From the NCBI RefSeq assembly GCF_011745625.1, contig NW_027191466.1, positions 124,001 through 188,000 on the forward strand: a DNA stretch of 64,000 bases, in the 5' to 3' direction. Each line of letters begins with the position of its first letter. The stretch's first letter is position 1. Positions 47,571 to 58,526 of this stretch are shown in pieces. Made by a program: the position numbers and the translations under genes. The notes beneath the pieces were generated by a model that worked only from the letters and a program-made list of their open reading frames with translations, did not search any database and was not told the DNA's origin. The stretch comes from Cladosporium halotolerans (Eukaryota).

Positions 47571-48908
47571 ATGTCCGCCCCCAGAGACGCCCCGAATGGC
47601 ATTGGCAAGGCCATGAAGCACCTTGACCTCGACGGCCACGATCTGCCGCCTTCGCCTACCCCTTCCACTCCGACCAACGGCAGGAAGTATGCGCTCGCCA
47701 CTGAGCTGGTCTACACCGAGAGCAACGACCAGTTCAACTCGAGCAGCACTCCGATCTACCAGAGCGCCACCTTCAAGGGTGGCCCTGGCCAAGAGTATGA
47801 CTACACTCGCAGCGGCAACCCTACGAGGACACACCTGGAGAGGCATTTGGCCAAGATCATGAACGCCAACAGGGCGTTGGTCGTGAGCTCGGGCATGGGC
47901 GCGCTGGACGTGATCACCCGAATCCTCAAGCCAGGTGATGAGGTCGTCACTGGTGATGACCTCTACGGCGGCACCAACCGTCTTCTCACATACCTGAAGA
48001 ACAACAACGACATCAAAGTGCACCATGTCGACACCACCAAGCTTGCGAGCGTCAAGGCCGCGGTCAATGACAAGACCACCATGGTCCTCCTCGAGACACC
48101 GACCAACCCGCTCATCAAGATTGTCGACATTGCCGGAATCGCTGCCGCCGCGCACGAGGCCAATCCCAAGGCTATTGTAGCAGTCGACAACACTATGCTG
48201 TCGCCTTACTTGCAGAACCCGCTCGACCTCGGCGCCGATGTCGTTTACGAGTCTGGTACCAAGTACCTCAGCGGTCACCACGATGTCATGGCCGGCGTTA
48301 TCGGTATCAACGATGCCTCTCTGGGCGAGAAGTTCTTCTTTATGATCAACTCGACCGGCTGCGGCCTCGCACCCTTCGACTCCTGGCTGTTGCTACGCGG
48401 CATCAAGACCCTTGCCGTGCGCATCGAGAAGCAGCAAACCAGCTCCCAGGCCGTTGCAGAGTTCCTCGAAAACCACGGTTTCAAGGTCCGCTACCCCGGC
48501 TTGAAGTCCCACCCGCAGTACGCCTTGCACTGGAGCCAGGCCCGTGGCGCGGGCGCTGTGCTCAGCTTTGAGACGGGCTCTGTCGCGCTGTCAGAGCGCA
48601 TTGTCGAGTCCACCAACCTCTGGGGAATCTCTGTCTCTTTCGGCTGCGTCAACAGCTTGATCAGCATGCCGTGCCGCATGAGCCATGCCAGCATCGACCC
48701 CGCCACTCGCAAGGAGCGCGAGCTGCCGGAGGACATCATCAGACTGTGCGTCGGTATCGAGGATCTGAACGATTTGATTGACGATCTGTCGCAAGCTCTC
48801 GTCCGCGCCGGAGCTGTCAGATTGACCGAGGGCGGTTTCGAGGCTTTGAGCAGCGGCGAGACTCGTGGAGAGAGCGGAAAGACTACACAGGTTGTAGATG
48901 AGCCGTAG
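47571..48908 (+). CDS. metG: Cystathionine beta-lyase (STR3/MetG type)
   Basis: PIYQSATF, YDYTRSGNPTR, DDLYGGT, ETPTNP, VDNT, PLP-Lys motif ESGTKYLSGHHD and ISVSFGCVNSLISMPC. Confidence 0.92.
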   Translation: MSAPRDAPNGIGKAMKHLDLDGHDLPPSPTPSTPTNGRKYALATELVYTESNDQFNSSSTPIYQSATFKGGPGQEYDYTRSGNPTRTHLERHLAKIMNANRALVVSSGMGALDVITRILKPGDEVVTGDDLYGGTNRLLTYLKNNNDIKVHHVDTTKLASVKAAVNDKTTMVLLETPTNPLIKIVDIAGIAAAAHEANPKAIVAVDNTMLSPYLQNPLDLGADVVYESGTKYLSGHHDVMAGVIGINDASLGEKFFFMINSTGCGLAPFDSWLLLRGIKTLAVRIEKQQTSSQAVAEFLENHGFKVRYPGLKSHPQYALHWSQARGAGAVLSFETGSVALSERIVESTNLWGISVSFGCVNSLISMPCRMSHASIDPATRKERELPEDIIRLCVGIEDLNDLIDDLSQALVRAGAVRLTEGGFEALSSGETRGESGKTTQVVDEP

Positions 48909-49419
48909 AGGACGATGTCTGTTTGTGAATACAATTTTCTAAAATTGATAAAAGCGATCAATGATATCAACGCACTCTTACACTCGATGCACTTCACACG
49001 TCCTCTTCAATGTTGTACAACCCGTTTCCACGAAGTTTTCATTGCAACAGTCTTCGTTGGCGCATCTTCCGATGCCTTCTATATTGTTACCGGCTTATGA
49101 GGCTGCCAGATTCGGTACGTAAATTTGTCAGAAATGTAGCTATGCTCGTACGGTTGAGAAGAATTGTAAGAATGCATGTGAACATGCATTGCTAGGTAAA
49201 AGGTACCTGATGCCACGCAGTGTCACAAGCTCTGCCCGCGTCGGGTGCCTGGCTTCACGTGGACAACGTCAGTGTGAAACCACCTCAGACCACCAGCGCA
49301 CTCCGGCCCTTCTTCACAACAAAGCACCCCTCCGGCCCATAAAGCCACCAAAACCCATCCATATGACAATACACCGATAGCAATCAGCGGCTCGTCCGCG
49401 CACAAACGCTCAACACACA

Positions 49420-51351
49420 ATGGACTACGTGCCGCTCCTGCGCCCCTCTCGGCTGCCTGCTTGGCGTAGCAAAGCCGACTTCTTCAAACCGTTCCGCAGC
49501 GATGCCGGCGAAAACATCACGCCATTGTACAATCCTTCGCTTGTAGAGCACGAGCATGAAGAAGAGGATCCCGATCTTGCAGAGTTGAACGAGTCACTTG
49601 CGGTGCTCGTGGAGCTGTTCCCGGATGTGCAGCCCGAGGTGTTCCGCGAGATGCTGCTGAGCATCAGCAAGGAAAGCCGGCTGCAGGTCGTCACGGAGCA
49701 GTTGCTGAAGAAGAAGGCGAATTATGTCAATGGCCGATTAAGGCCGGCGAGGCGCGGTGAGGCGGCGATCACGCAGGCACAGATGCGGAAGAGCGGTGAT
49801 GATGGCCCTCTGCCGGCTGAGGATACGTTTCGTGGTGAGAACTACCGCAAGGCGGTCAAGCAGCTACTCTACCTGGAGTTCAAGAACCTCAGTCACTCGA
49901 CTATTAGGGGCGTCATGGCGGAGCACAACGATTCGTATACCTTGTCTCGGCCCACGCTGCAGCAGCTTTCGGCTAAGTCCTGGCGCTTTTCGCTCTCGTC
50001 TCTGTGGACCAAGAAATCTCCCTTAGGCGCTTCGACTGATCATGCAGCCTTGCACTGGCACGTGGATGCCCCGGGCAGTGACCCTACACCAAGCGTTAAA
50101 CGAACTGGAAGTGCTGTACTTGACCGTGAACTACACGAACTTTTTGTTGAACCTTTTCTGCTCAAAAAACAACAGGAACGGCTCTTAGCAGATCAAAACT
50201 ACGCAAACCAACTCAACGAGGCGCAAGCTGAAGAACTAGGTGCCGTCTTCGACTGCGAATGTTGTTACTCGTCTGTGCCTTTTGAGCAAATTGCTACTTG
50301 CTCCGATGGCTCACATTTTCTGTGTTTTGATTGCATACTAAGGACTACCACTGAAGCGGTCTACGGCCAGGGCTGGGCTCGAAGTGCAGATCTCGAGAGA
50401 GTGACTATACGCTGCTTTGCGCCCGACCTCAAAGAATGTTCTGGCAGTATTCCTCCGGACCTGGTCCGACGTGCTTTAAACGATGATGTCTGGGCGGCTT
50501 TCCAAAGCCGGGCGACTAGCGACACACTGAGCAAGAGTCGATTGCCCTTACAACGATGTCCTTTCTGCATATACGGTGAGGTTGATGAGACGCCTGTGGC
50601 ACGACTGCGCAATCCTCGCCAGCTTGGACATCACATCCTCCATCAGTCAACTCTGGAAGTTCAAGCTTCTTTCCTGGCTCTCTTTGTCCTGGCCACCTTT
50701 CTCACACTTCCCGTCCTCCTCCTCGCAGCGTTCTTCTATCTCGTGACCTCCCTCTTCCCACCTGCCGCCTGCACCATTCAGGAATCTTGGAACCGCGTGC
50801 ACAAACGCCGCCGCGGTCTCAAGTTCAAGTGCTTCAACCCCAGCTGCCGCAAAACCTCATGCACCCGCTGCCTCTCGCAATGGCGTGACCCACACGCCTG
50901 TTTTGAAACAGAGAAGACATCGCTGCGCACTGCGATCGAAGCCTCAGCAACAGCGGCCATTAAGCGCACCTGCCCCAAGTGCCATCTCTCTTTCGTCAAA
51001 TCCTCTGGCTGCAACAAGCTCGTCTGCAACTGCGGCTACACCATGTGCTACATTTGCCGCTCAGAGATCTCGAGCAAAGAGGGCTACACGCATTTCTGCC
51101 AGCATTTTCGCCCACACGGCGGCAGGTGCAGCGAGTGCGAGAGGTGCGATTTGTATGGAGATGAGGATGAGGGAGATGCGATCCGTCGGGCTGCGGAGAG
51201 GGCGGAGAAGGCGTGGAAGGAGAAGGAGGGGATTGAGATGGGTGGCGGGAACGAGGAGGCTACGAGAGCCATGGTTGACGCGTTGGTTGGGAGAAAGGGC
51301 AAATGGTGGGAGGATGCCTTGGATGGTGCTGTGGATGCTTTGGTTTTGTGA
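49420..51351 (+). CDS. RBR-type E3 ubiquitin ligase (RNF216/TRIAD-like) with N-terminal CUE-like domain
   Basis: LVELFPDV CUE-like motif, RING1 (CECC...C...H..C..C), a split IBR (CPFC...CFNPSC...C..C...H.C) and RING2 (CPKC...KSSGCNKLVCNCGYTMCYIC). Confidence 0.88.
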   Translation: MDYVPLLRPSRLPAWRSKADFFKPFRSDAGENITPLYNPSLVEHEHEEEDPDLAELNESLAVLVELFPDVQPEVFREMLLSISKESRLQVVTEQLLKKKANYVNGRLRPARRGEAAITQAQMRKSGDDGPLPAEDTFRGENYRKAVKQLLYLEFKNLSHSTIRGVMAEHNDSYTLSRPTLQQLSAKSWRFSLSSLWTKKSPLGASTDHAALHWHVDAPGSDPTPSVKRTGSAVLDRELHELFVEPFLLKKQQERLLADQNYANQLNEAQAEELGAVFDCECCYSSVPFEQIATCSDGSHFLCFDCILRTTTEAVYGQGWARSADLERVTIRCFAPDLKECSGSIPPDLVRRALNDDVWAAFQSRATSDTLSKSRLPLQRCPFCIYGEVDETPVARLRNPRQLGHHILHQSTLEVQASFLALFVLATFLTLPVLLLAAFFYLVTSLFPPAACTIQESWNRVHKRRRGLKFKCFNPSCRKTSCTRCLSQWRDPHACFETEKTSLRTAIEASATAAIKRTCPKCHLSFVKSSGCNKLVCNCGYTMCYICRSEISSKEGYTHFCQHFRPHGGRCSECERCDLYGDEDEGDAIRRAAERAEKAWKEKEGIEMGGGNEEATRAMVDALVGRKGKWWEDALDGAVDALVL

Positions 51352-51694
51352 CGACTTGCGCGGTTTCTCGTTTTGTATTCTTACATGTTCATGAGATACC
51401 CTATAAGCAGACTTCTTTCTTGGTAGCAACATGGTTCAGCTTGCAGTACGTTCACTTCATTGGCATTTATGCATCTCAAATTAAGTCCACACATTGCGGT
51501 GTACCAACGTTCTCGCGGCGTTGTACACGGCAAGGCGAAGCCAGCGGCGATCGCGGACCCCCGGCTTGGCACGTCTCTCCCTCCATCCAGCCAAAAGTTG
51601 CCCGACATTGATTGACGGCCGAAGCAGTCGAGCAGCAGAGCAGCATCGCCGGTAATCCATCCGACTCACGCCTGGCAGTGCCACAGCCGCCGCC

Positions 51695-53842
51695 ATGTCT
51701 AAGGCGTACAATTCACCCACTGCGCGCCTGCTGCAATCCTCACGCCTCTTCTCTCTGCCTCGCCCGCTCCCTGCCGCACCGCTCGAGAATGTCAGCTCAA
51801 CTGGTACTTACCGCGCTTCAGAGACTGCAACGGAATTCTATCCTACGCACCAGGCTATTGCAACCCCATCTTCTTCGCATTTCCGCGGTGATTGGGGTCT
51901 GAAGCGACCCATCCCCGGCAAGACCACCCGTTCCTCGACTCCGAGCATCCGCGTGCTGGAGCAGGATACACCCGATCACATCACCGAATTCGAGAGCGCC
52001 GCGGACCATGAGCGATCGCGAGCCAAGTGGGCCGAAATGGGCGTGCCCTTGGTCATGCGCAACAAGCGCGACTTTTCCTTGAGCAGGCAGCTCGTGCAGA
52101 GCGTTTACGAAGAGCACCTCGACAACACCGATCCCAACGCAGCACCTATCCAGACGGGATCAGATGGCTTCGACGGCCAACAAACGATCGAGGCAAAGCG
52201 GTGGAAATACTCGGGGCCTTTCATCGCAGGCATGCAGGAGGGCGAGTTCGCGCGTTACGTTGGGAAGCAGCTTCGAGCACGTCGTGACGAGTGGACGGAA
52301 CACTTGATGAACTACTTTGCCAAGGAGGACTTTGAGAAACAGAGGCAAGAGGCGCGTGCCCGGGGAGAGCACTTTGGACCTTTCGAGAGCGCACCGCCCG
52401 GGATTCAGTACCAGATGACGGTGGATCAGCCCGAGAGAGAGGCTCGGGAGAAGGCCGAGGAGCTACTTCAGGAAGCATTGAAGAGTGGCAGCGCTGAGAC
52501 GGAGGCTAAGGCGAGACAAGAGGGTGAGCGTCTGGTGGCAATGGCACGCGAACAAGGAGCCCAATACGCGGCCGAAGCTGTCCGATGGGATGCGCCTGAG
52601 GAGGCAAGTAAGGTGATCCTTGAGGGTCAGCGCGAGATCAAAGCTCAGAGAGCGCTTATGCAGCCCCTGAAGAAGAGCGACTATTCCCCTGAGGCTGAAT
52701 ATTCAGCAGAGGAGGAAGAGCAACACCACAGACTGGAGGAGCTAAGACGACAGCAGCGCGAGGAAAGGGAAGCCAGGATTGAGGCGATAAGGGCCGACGC
52801 TGTCGCCAAAGCTTTCCACATCTTGGGTGCCGAGAGCACTGAATCTAGCAGCATGGCCGACGCTGAAGCTCTTATCAGAGCTTACAAGGATGAGATTCGT
52901 GCCCTCAACCTCACCAAGATGCATATTCAGAGTGAGTGGGAGGCCCTACGCATTCGGGGACTCCGTCCCAGTCTCGAGGCGCTCTCCGACCTTGAAAAGG
53001 GCTTGCGCGACAGCCACGACAATCTGTCATCTCCTCTTACCCAATTGATCACTTCCTTCCTTGATATCCCAGCAGTGAGCCCGGAAAGGCGCACCAGCAG
53101 TCTTGGGGCGAGCACGAGCAGCTTCAACCAAAGCCTACTCGCAGGATCACAAGAGCAGGCAGAAGCACCTCCGACCACCCATCCTGCTGCCGGTCTCTCC
53201 CATATTCGCACGAACGCCATCATGCAGAACCACCCTGTCTACGGCCCGCAAGCCTGTTCCTCCCCCGTTCTCTCCCGCGTGCTCGCGGCCCGCAACCACG
53301 GCCGCGTCCTCAACACGCAAGCCAAACTCGGCGTCGGCGGCTTCGTCGCCCTCGACTCGCAAAACACGCCCACGATGGGCAGGAGCCGCGCCGCGATCCG
53401 CCGCACGCTCGACGAGGACCCCGCGCAGCACCTGGACCCGGACCTCCCGCACGGCAACAAGGTCTACGTGCACCCGAACCAAGCCTACGTCGACGAGGCA
53501 GGCCGCGTGCGCCTGCAGGTCACCCGCGCCGACAAGGAGTCCATCGCCGTCAAGGAGGGCAACGTCGAGCAGATCTACAAGGACCGCGAGGCCGGCGCCC
53601 TGCGCCAGACATCTCCGCTCATGTCCAGCTTTGTCCGCAAGCCCCTTCAGCCCGGCGCCAACTACGGCACCGGCTTGCCTAACTGGAGGGCGGGCGCCTT
53701 CGGCCAGGGCGTTGCGAGGAAGCCTCGCGTGACTGGATTCGATGCGCAGGTCAAGCGTGAGGGCGCGGGCGCGGGCGACGAGATGAGCACTATGCAGCAG
53801 CTGAAGGAGATGTCTGAGAAGAGCGAGGAGGAGCAGAAGTGA
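51695..53842 (+). CDS. MRP51: Mitochondrial small-subunit ribosomal protein MRP51 (bS1m)
   Basis: SPTARLLQSSRLFSLPRPL, YPTHQAI.TP.SS..RGDWGLKRP, ITEFESAADH, RWKYSGP, THPAAGLS, NHPVYGPQ and KLGVGGFVA. Confidence 0.87.
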   Translation: MSKAYNSPTARLLQSSRLFSLPRPLPAAPLENVSSTGTYRASETATEFYPTHQAIATPSSSHFRGDWGLKRPIPGKTTRSSTPSIRVLEQDTPDHITEFESAADHERSRAKWAEMGVPLVMRNKRDFSLSRQLVQSVYEEHLDNTDPNAAPIQTGSDGFDGQQTIEAKRWKYSGPFIAGMQEGEFARYVGKQLRARRDEWTEHLMNYFAKEDFEKQRQEARARGEHFGPFESAPPGIQYQMTVDQPEREAREKAEELLQEALKSGSAETEAKARQEGERLVAMAREQGAQYAAEAVRWDAPEEASKVILEGQREIKAQRALMQPLKKSDYSPEAEYSAEEEEQHHRLEELRRQQREEREARIEAIRADAVAKAFHILGAESTESSSMADAEALIRAYKDEIRALNLTKMHIQSEWEALRIRGLRPSLEALSDLEKGLRDSHDNLSSPLTQLITSFLDIPAVSPERRTSSLGASTSSFNQSLLAGSQEQAEAPPTTHPAAGLSHIRTNAIMQNHPVYGPQACSSPVLSRVLAARNHGRVLNTQAKLGVGGFVALDSQNTPTMGRSRAAIRRTLDEDPAQHLDPDLPHGNKVYVHPNQAYVDEAGRVRLQVTRADKESIAVKEGNVEQIYKDREAGALRQTSPLMSSFVRKPLQPGANYGTGLPNWRAGAFGQGVARKPRVTGFDAQVKREGAGAGDEMSTMQQLKEMSEKSEEEQK

Positions 53843-54134
53843 GAGCAGGCGGGGCGTTGCTCTTGCGAAGGCGGTTGAAGTCTACTTTTCACGATTGCAT
53901 CGGGCACAAGCGAGAGAGCGTGTCGAGACGCGTACTGCAGGTGCGTCCGAGCAGATGTTGTAAATACAATACATGTAAAAATAGAAATCTCTTGCAATTT
54001 CGCTTCTGCCTGGACCAACTCTCAGCAGCCCGCAATGATACACGAGACCCTAACAAAATCCCTCTCCGGTAACGCCTGAACCTCTATGCCCTCCTTTCAA
54101 TACCAAGCCTGCCAAAAACGAGATTCCAACCCCC

Positions 54135-55430
54135 TCACGACCAAAACTTCCCAGCCCCCTCCCTCCTCTTCCGAATCCGCTCCCTCGCCGACCCCTCCGA
54201 GAAATAAACATACTCCCTCTCATTCTCGCGCCCATTCACCACAAACTCGTCGAAACCCCGCTGCTCCCAGCGCGCCTCCCCAGCCCTCGTCCCCTCCTCC
54301 ACCGCAGCCCGCAGCTCCTCCGTCAGCGCGCGCGACCTCTCGCGTTCGTCCGCTCGCCCGCCATCGGCGGGGTAGTGGTGCACGGTCGCAGGGCCGTAGT
54401 TGTGCGCGCGCAGCGTGGCGGGCGGGACGCGAGGGGAGGACGAAGCGTAGCGCTGGCGGTCGGGCTGGATGGGTAGGCGGGAAGAGCGCACGGGGCTCGT
54501 GTGCCTGCTCCAGGAGCGGTGGTCGTCGAAGCCGAGGAAGGCCGGGTCCTGGTCTCGGTGGTGCCGCAGGGTTTCGCGGCGCAAGCGGGCGCGCTGGCCT
54601 TCGAGATGGATTTGCTCGTCCTCCGCTGCTTCGAGGTCCTCCTGGCGGCGTTTGGAGGTTTCGAGGTCGGCGAGTTGGCGCCGGCTGGCGGCGCGGGCGG
54701 AGGCACGGGCTTCGTGTTCGTTGTCGTCTTCTTGGGCGGAGTCGGTGCGCTTGTGGCGGATGCTGGGGATGCGGCTGAGGCCTGGGGAGGATCTGATAGG
54801 GGGTGGAGTGGTGCCACGGCGGTCTGGGTTGAGCGAGAGGTTTGGAGGGCGGCGCGGGAGTGATTGGTCTGCTTCTGTGTCGCCGGCTGTGGATGTGGTG
54901 AATGAGACCCTCCTGGGAGGGAGGTTTGTCGTTTGGCGTTCGTTCATCATCGCACGTGGCATGCTGAGAGATGGAGGAAGATCGTATACGGCCGTGCCGT
55001 TAGTTGTGAAATGGACGTCTCGGTCGTAATGAGGTTCCTGCGGGAACGAAGACATCCTTGGTGGTGCTGAGTTCGGTGTTGTTGAGCGAGAAATGGGCGA
55101 CTCTCTTTTTGATTTGAACCGTAGAGATGGAGAAGCACGATTGTTGTCGAGGGAACTGCGGCCTTCTGTGCGTTTGGTTGTTGTTGATTTGTGCTTGAGG
55201 CTGGAACGGCGACTCAGGTCGCGATAGACCCGCGTGTGTCCGTTGTTTTCGGTCACGACGATATCAGCCTTCGAATAGGACTCTGGCTTGGTCTCAACGA
55301 TCCGGGCAAACGATCTGGTGACGTTGGGGCAAGTGCCCGAACCGACTGCGTATTCGCAGCGACGGATTCTTTCGAATGATTTTGGACTGCCGTCAGCCTC
55401 GTAGTAGGTCTTCTGCTCGACAACGCACAT
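54135..55430 (-). CDS. Hypothetical protein with a short N-terminal Cys motif, then disordered Arg/Ser-rich sequence
   Basis: 431-aa ORF from ATG (MCVVEQKTY...C...C). No recognisable domain. Confidence 0.7.
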   Translation of the reverse strand: MCVVEQKTYYEADGSPKSFERIRRCEYAVGSGTCPNVTRSFARIVETKPESYSKADIVVTENNGHTRVYRDLSRRSSLKHKSTTTKRTEGRSSLDNNRASPSLRFKSKRESPISRSTTPNSAPPRMSSFPQEPHYDRDVHFTTNGTAVYDLPPSLSMPRAMMNERQTTNLPPRRVSFTTSTAGDTEADQSLPRRPPNLSLNPDRRGTTPPPIRSSPGLSRIPSIRHKRTDSAQEDDNEHEARASARAASRRQLADLETSKRRQEDLEAAEDEQIHLEGQRARLRRETLRHHRDQDPAFLGFDDHRSWSRHTSPVRSSRLPIQPDRQRYASSSPRVPPATLRAHNYGPATVHHYPADGGRADERERSRALTEELRAAVEEGTRAGEARWEQRGFDEFVVNGRENEREYVYFSEGSARERIRKRREGAGKFWS

Positions 55431-57761
55431 GGAAGTCGAGTTGGTCCGAGATAGGGGTATTGAAGTGAGAAGTTGCGTTGGGATGGGTCTTCGACAACGA
55501 CGACGATAACGACGATGAGTTGTTGTCCTTGATCGATGAGAGGGTGGCGATGTTGAATATGATGAAGAGTCCTCAGGTAATGGTCGACTTTCAATGGTGC
55601 CTTAAGGTAGGAAGGGGTCCACTAGCGGCAGGCAGCAGAGTGTTGGTTTGCAATGGGACCGGGTCGGGATCGACGGTCAGATGACTCTTATAGGCGCGGT
55701 TGAGGGCGGCCTCCGGAGCACTCTTCCTTGGTGCGACACAGAGAGACGCGTGAGTATGCAGTTGTGAAGTGACTTCGAAAGAAAGAAGTCACCTGAGATC
55801 AGCAAACAGTAGGCGCGCAGACAAAGATGTGCAAATACAGTGGTGAGATATGGTTGGATGTGAGTGAAGGTGTATTGGCTGGCGGCAGGCGGCAGCTGCA
55901 GCCTTGCCCTTATAGACGCTAGGGAATGGATGGAAACCACACCTACCACGACATCATAGCATGTGCACTCTCGGTAAATACAGGCGCAGCAATTCGCAGG
56001 AACGACGTTAGCGCGAAGAGCGACTCTGTTCTCGTGTTGAGACGAAAGAAGCGTGGTTGCAGATGCTGAGCCAGTGATGGCTGCGCCTCCCCAAACGTCC
56101 GTGCGTTAGGTTGTTCAGCTCTCAGCGGGCGGTGGTGTCTTCGTTGCAAGCTACGTCCGAATAGTCTTCAAGCTCGCCGGTGCTTAGGCTGCTTCCAGGC
56201 GTTGACCAAGCTGCTGTATTACTCGCGTCGATCGTCAGGTACTGCCACTATTTCCTTGGGCCCTCATTCGTGCGTAGGTAATCGTTGTCCAGCCATGGCA
56301 TGCAGTGTACGGGGCCAGCCTCCTGGTATCCACTCGATCTCCGTGGAGCAGTCACATGTCATGCCATGCACACGGTCTGTCAACGATACCTCGACAGCCC
56401 ATGCACCAAATGACGATGGTGGGTGTTGTGGACTGTTGAAGAGGAGGCGGAGTGGCGGAGCAGCGGCGATGCAAGTGCGCCTCAGGTGCTGCGGCCAGGC
56501 TGAAGGAGCGGCACGCGGCACATGCCAGCTGCCCTCCCGCAGGCCGACTGGATAGAATGGCCCCCACGAATGCAGCCTGCGAACATGTTCGGCCGTGGGT
56601 AGTAGGAAATGACTAATGCGTCAAGTATGGTAGATGACGGAAAGGTTGCCTCGTTTCTGGTACAACAGAATCGCATGGGAGCTCTGGCACGCTCCTCTCT
56701 GCGAGTGCCACGCCGCAGCACCTCCAGCTCGATAACACCACGATTCATGATACCTAGCATGTACTCGACCTCGGTGCATGGAATCTTCACGAGTATTCCT
56801 AATATGCTGACATCCCTCCAAAAATCCCAATACCACGAGTAAACCAACACCCGCCACATTTGGGCGCCAGAAGCCACAAACAGGCGGTGCACTCTGCTCC
56901 CCTGTCGTGGCTAACATCTAGCAGTCACGAGCACAGAATGTGGCTAAGGAGCCTGATAAAGTAACAAGCGAGTCGCTTCGATGCCTGCTGCACATCAACA
57001 TTCAGCTCAGCGAGCGCTGCAGACACCCGGATGACCAAGAATTTCAGCCTCAGCATTGCAAGGGTTGATGTTGGTTTTCGAGTGATACAGCCAATCGCAG
57101 TTCGGCAGATAGTCTGAAACCGCACCCTCGGATTGCTCACTCGCTCGCTTGATAATGAATGTCTTGTGCTGCACGAGCAGCCAAGGAATCTTGTGGCTTG
57201 TTGCGTCTATGGGTGCTCATGCTTCATGCGCAGTCTCTCGCGCTGCTACATCATATCGTGGTAGCGAGACGTTCCACGAAAAGAAGCGTCGTTTTCTGAG
57301 AGGTGGACACTTTGTGCGCGTCCTAACCACGTCATGCTGTGGCACTGAGATTTCTGATTCTTGCTTCCGCAGTTCGCCTGCTTCCCTGCGTCGTCAGAAC
57401 AGCTGAGAAGACAATATCGATGAGTGCTTGCGGCCTTAAGGCACACACAGGCGAGCTCCCATCTTCACGTCGAAACTTCTTGATTTCATGGTCGTAAAGA
57501 TTGCTATTCTGGATGCTGGGCACCAATTTTGTTTTGCTGAGGCTGTGTGGAAATAGAAACGAAATCGCGTATGGGGGTATCCAAGCAAACAATCCGGTCC
57601 GTCCCTCATGTCGTCGTGCAGTATGAACACCATGCGCCTGTTCCATGCTCACCCACATGCTCCTTGCTCTCAGTGATGGAGCCACCAGTCTCCTTACAGA
57701 AGCGGAACGCCAAACCCAAAACCCCCATGGTTGTCCAAATGGCCACCTTGCAGCAAGCCCT

Positions 57762-58526
57762 TCACCGCCCTGCCGATCGTCCCGCAACCTGCAAGCCGTA
57801 CATACTCCTCGCCAACCCCTCTGCGTCAACGCCCAGCTCAAAGTCCAGCAAAAAGCACAGCGCAACCTCCAGATTAAGCAGCTGCGTGGGGCTCACGCCG
57901 CCGACCTGCGCGACGCGCTGCTGGCTCCACTTGTTGTCCTCCAGCGCCTTCGCAGCAATCCGCGTCGCAGCCAGCGACAGCCGGTGCACGGTGCGGTTCG
58001 TCGCCGGCAGCACGCCCTCCACGACGCACAGCCGGTGGATGTAGTGCGCGGCGGTCAGGTAGACGCCCGGGCTGTGCGGGCAGTAGGCGTGCTGACGCGC
58101 GAGGTAGGCTGTGATGGAGAAGGGCGGCGGGTGCTTGGAGAAGAAGCGGCGGGCGATCGCGGCGTGCTGGACGTGGTGCGGGTCGGCGTCGGCGCCGATG
58201 AGGGCGTGCGGCGGGGGCGCGTTCTCGTCGGCGGGTTTGCTCTGGGTGGGCGTCGCGGGGCATGAGATGGGAGGGGTGGGCGGGACGTCGGCGGCGGCTT
58301 CGGTGAGGGTTTCGAGGGCGACTTGCAGGGTGCGAAGGGCGCCGAGGGCGGAGAGCGTGGTGATGTCCCAGGTGGCGCTGTCGAGGCGCACGGGCTCGTG
58401 AGACAGCTGGTCGAAGTGAGGGTCGATAGCGGGCAGAGAGCCGTCGGCGTTGGGGTTTGGCGGGGCAGGCGGCGAGCTCACGGCGCCTTGCTCTGCATTG
58501 TTGTTGTGGTTGGAAGCATCTTCCAT
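57762..58526 (-). CDS. Pho80/Pcl-family cyclin
   Basis: RRFFSKHPPPFSITAYLARQHAYCPHSPGVYL, TVHRLSLA...IAAKALED and LLNLEVALCFLLDFEL. Probable ATG at 58526. Confidence 0.87.
   Translation of the reverse strand: MEDASNHNNNAEQGAVSSPPAPPNPNADGSLPAIDPHFDQLSHEPVRLDSATWDITTLSALGALRTLQVALETLTEAAADVPPTPPISCPATPTQSKPADENAPPPHALIGADADPHHVQHAAIARRFFSKHPPPFSITAYLARQHAYCPHSPGVYLTAAHYIHRLCVVEGVLPATNRTVHRLSLAATRIAAKALEDNKWSQQRVAQVGGVSPTQLLNLEVALCFLLDFELGVDAEGLARSMYGLQVAGRSAGR

Noticed and set aside
55431..57761. Short minus-strand ORFs as a possible spliced gene or pseudogene
   Set aside because: No recognisable motif and no consistent exon chain could be built.
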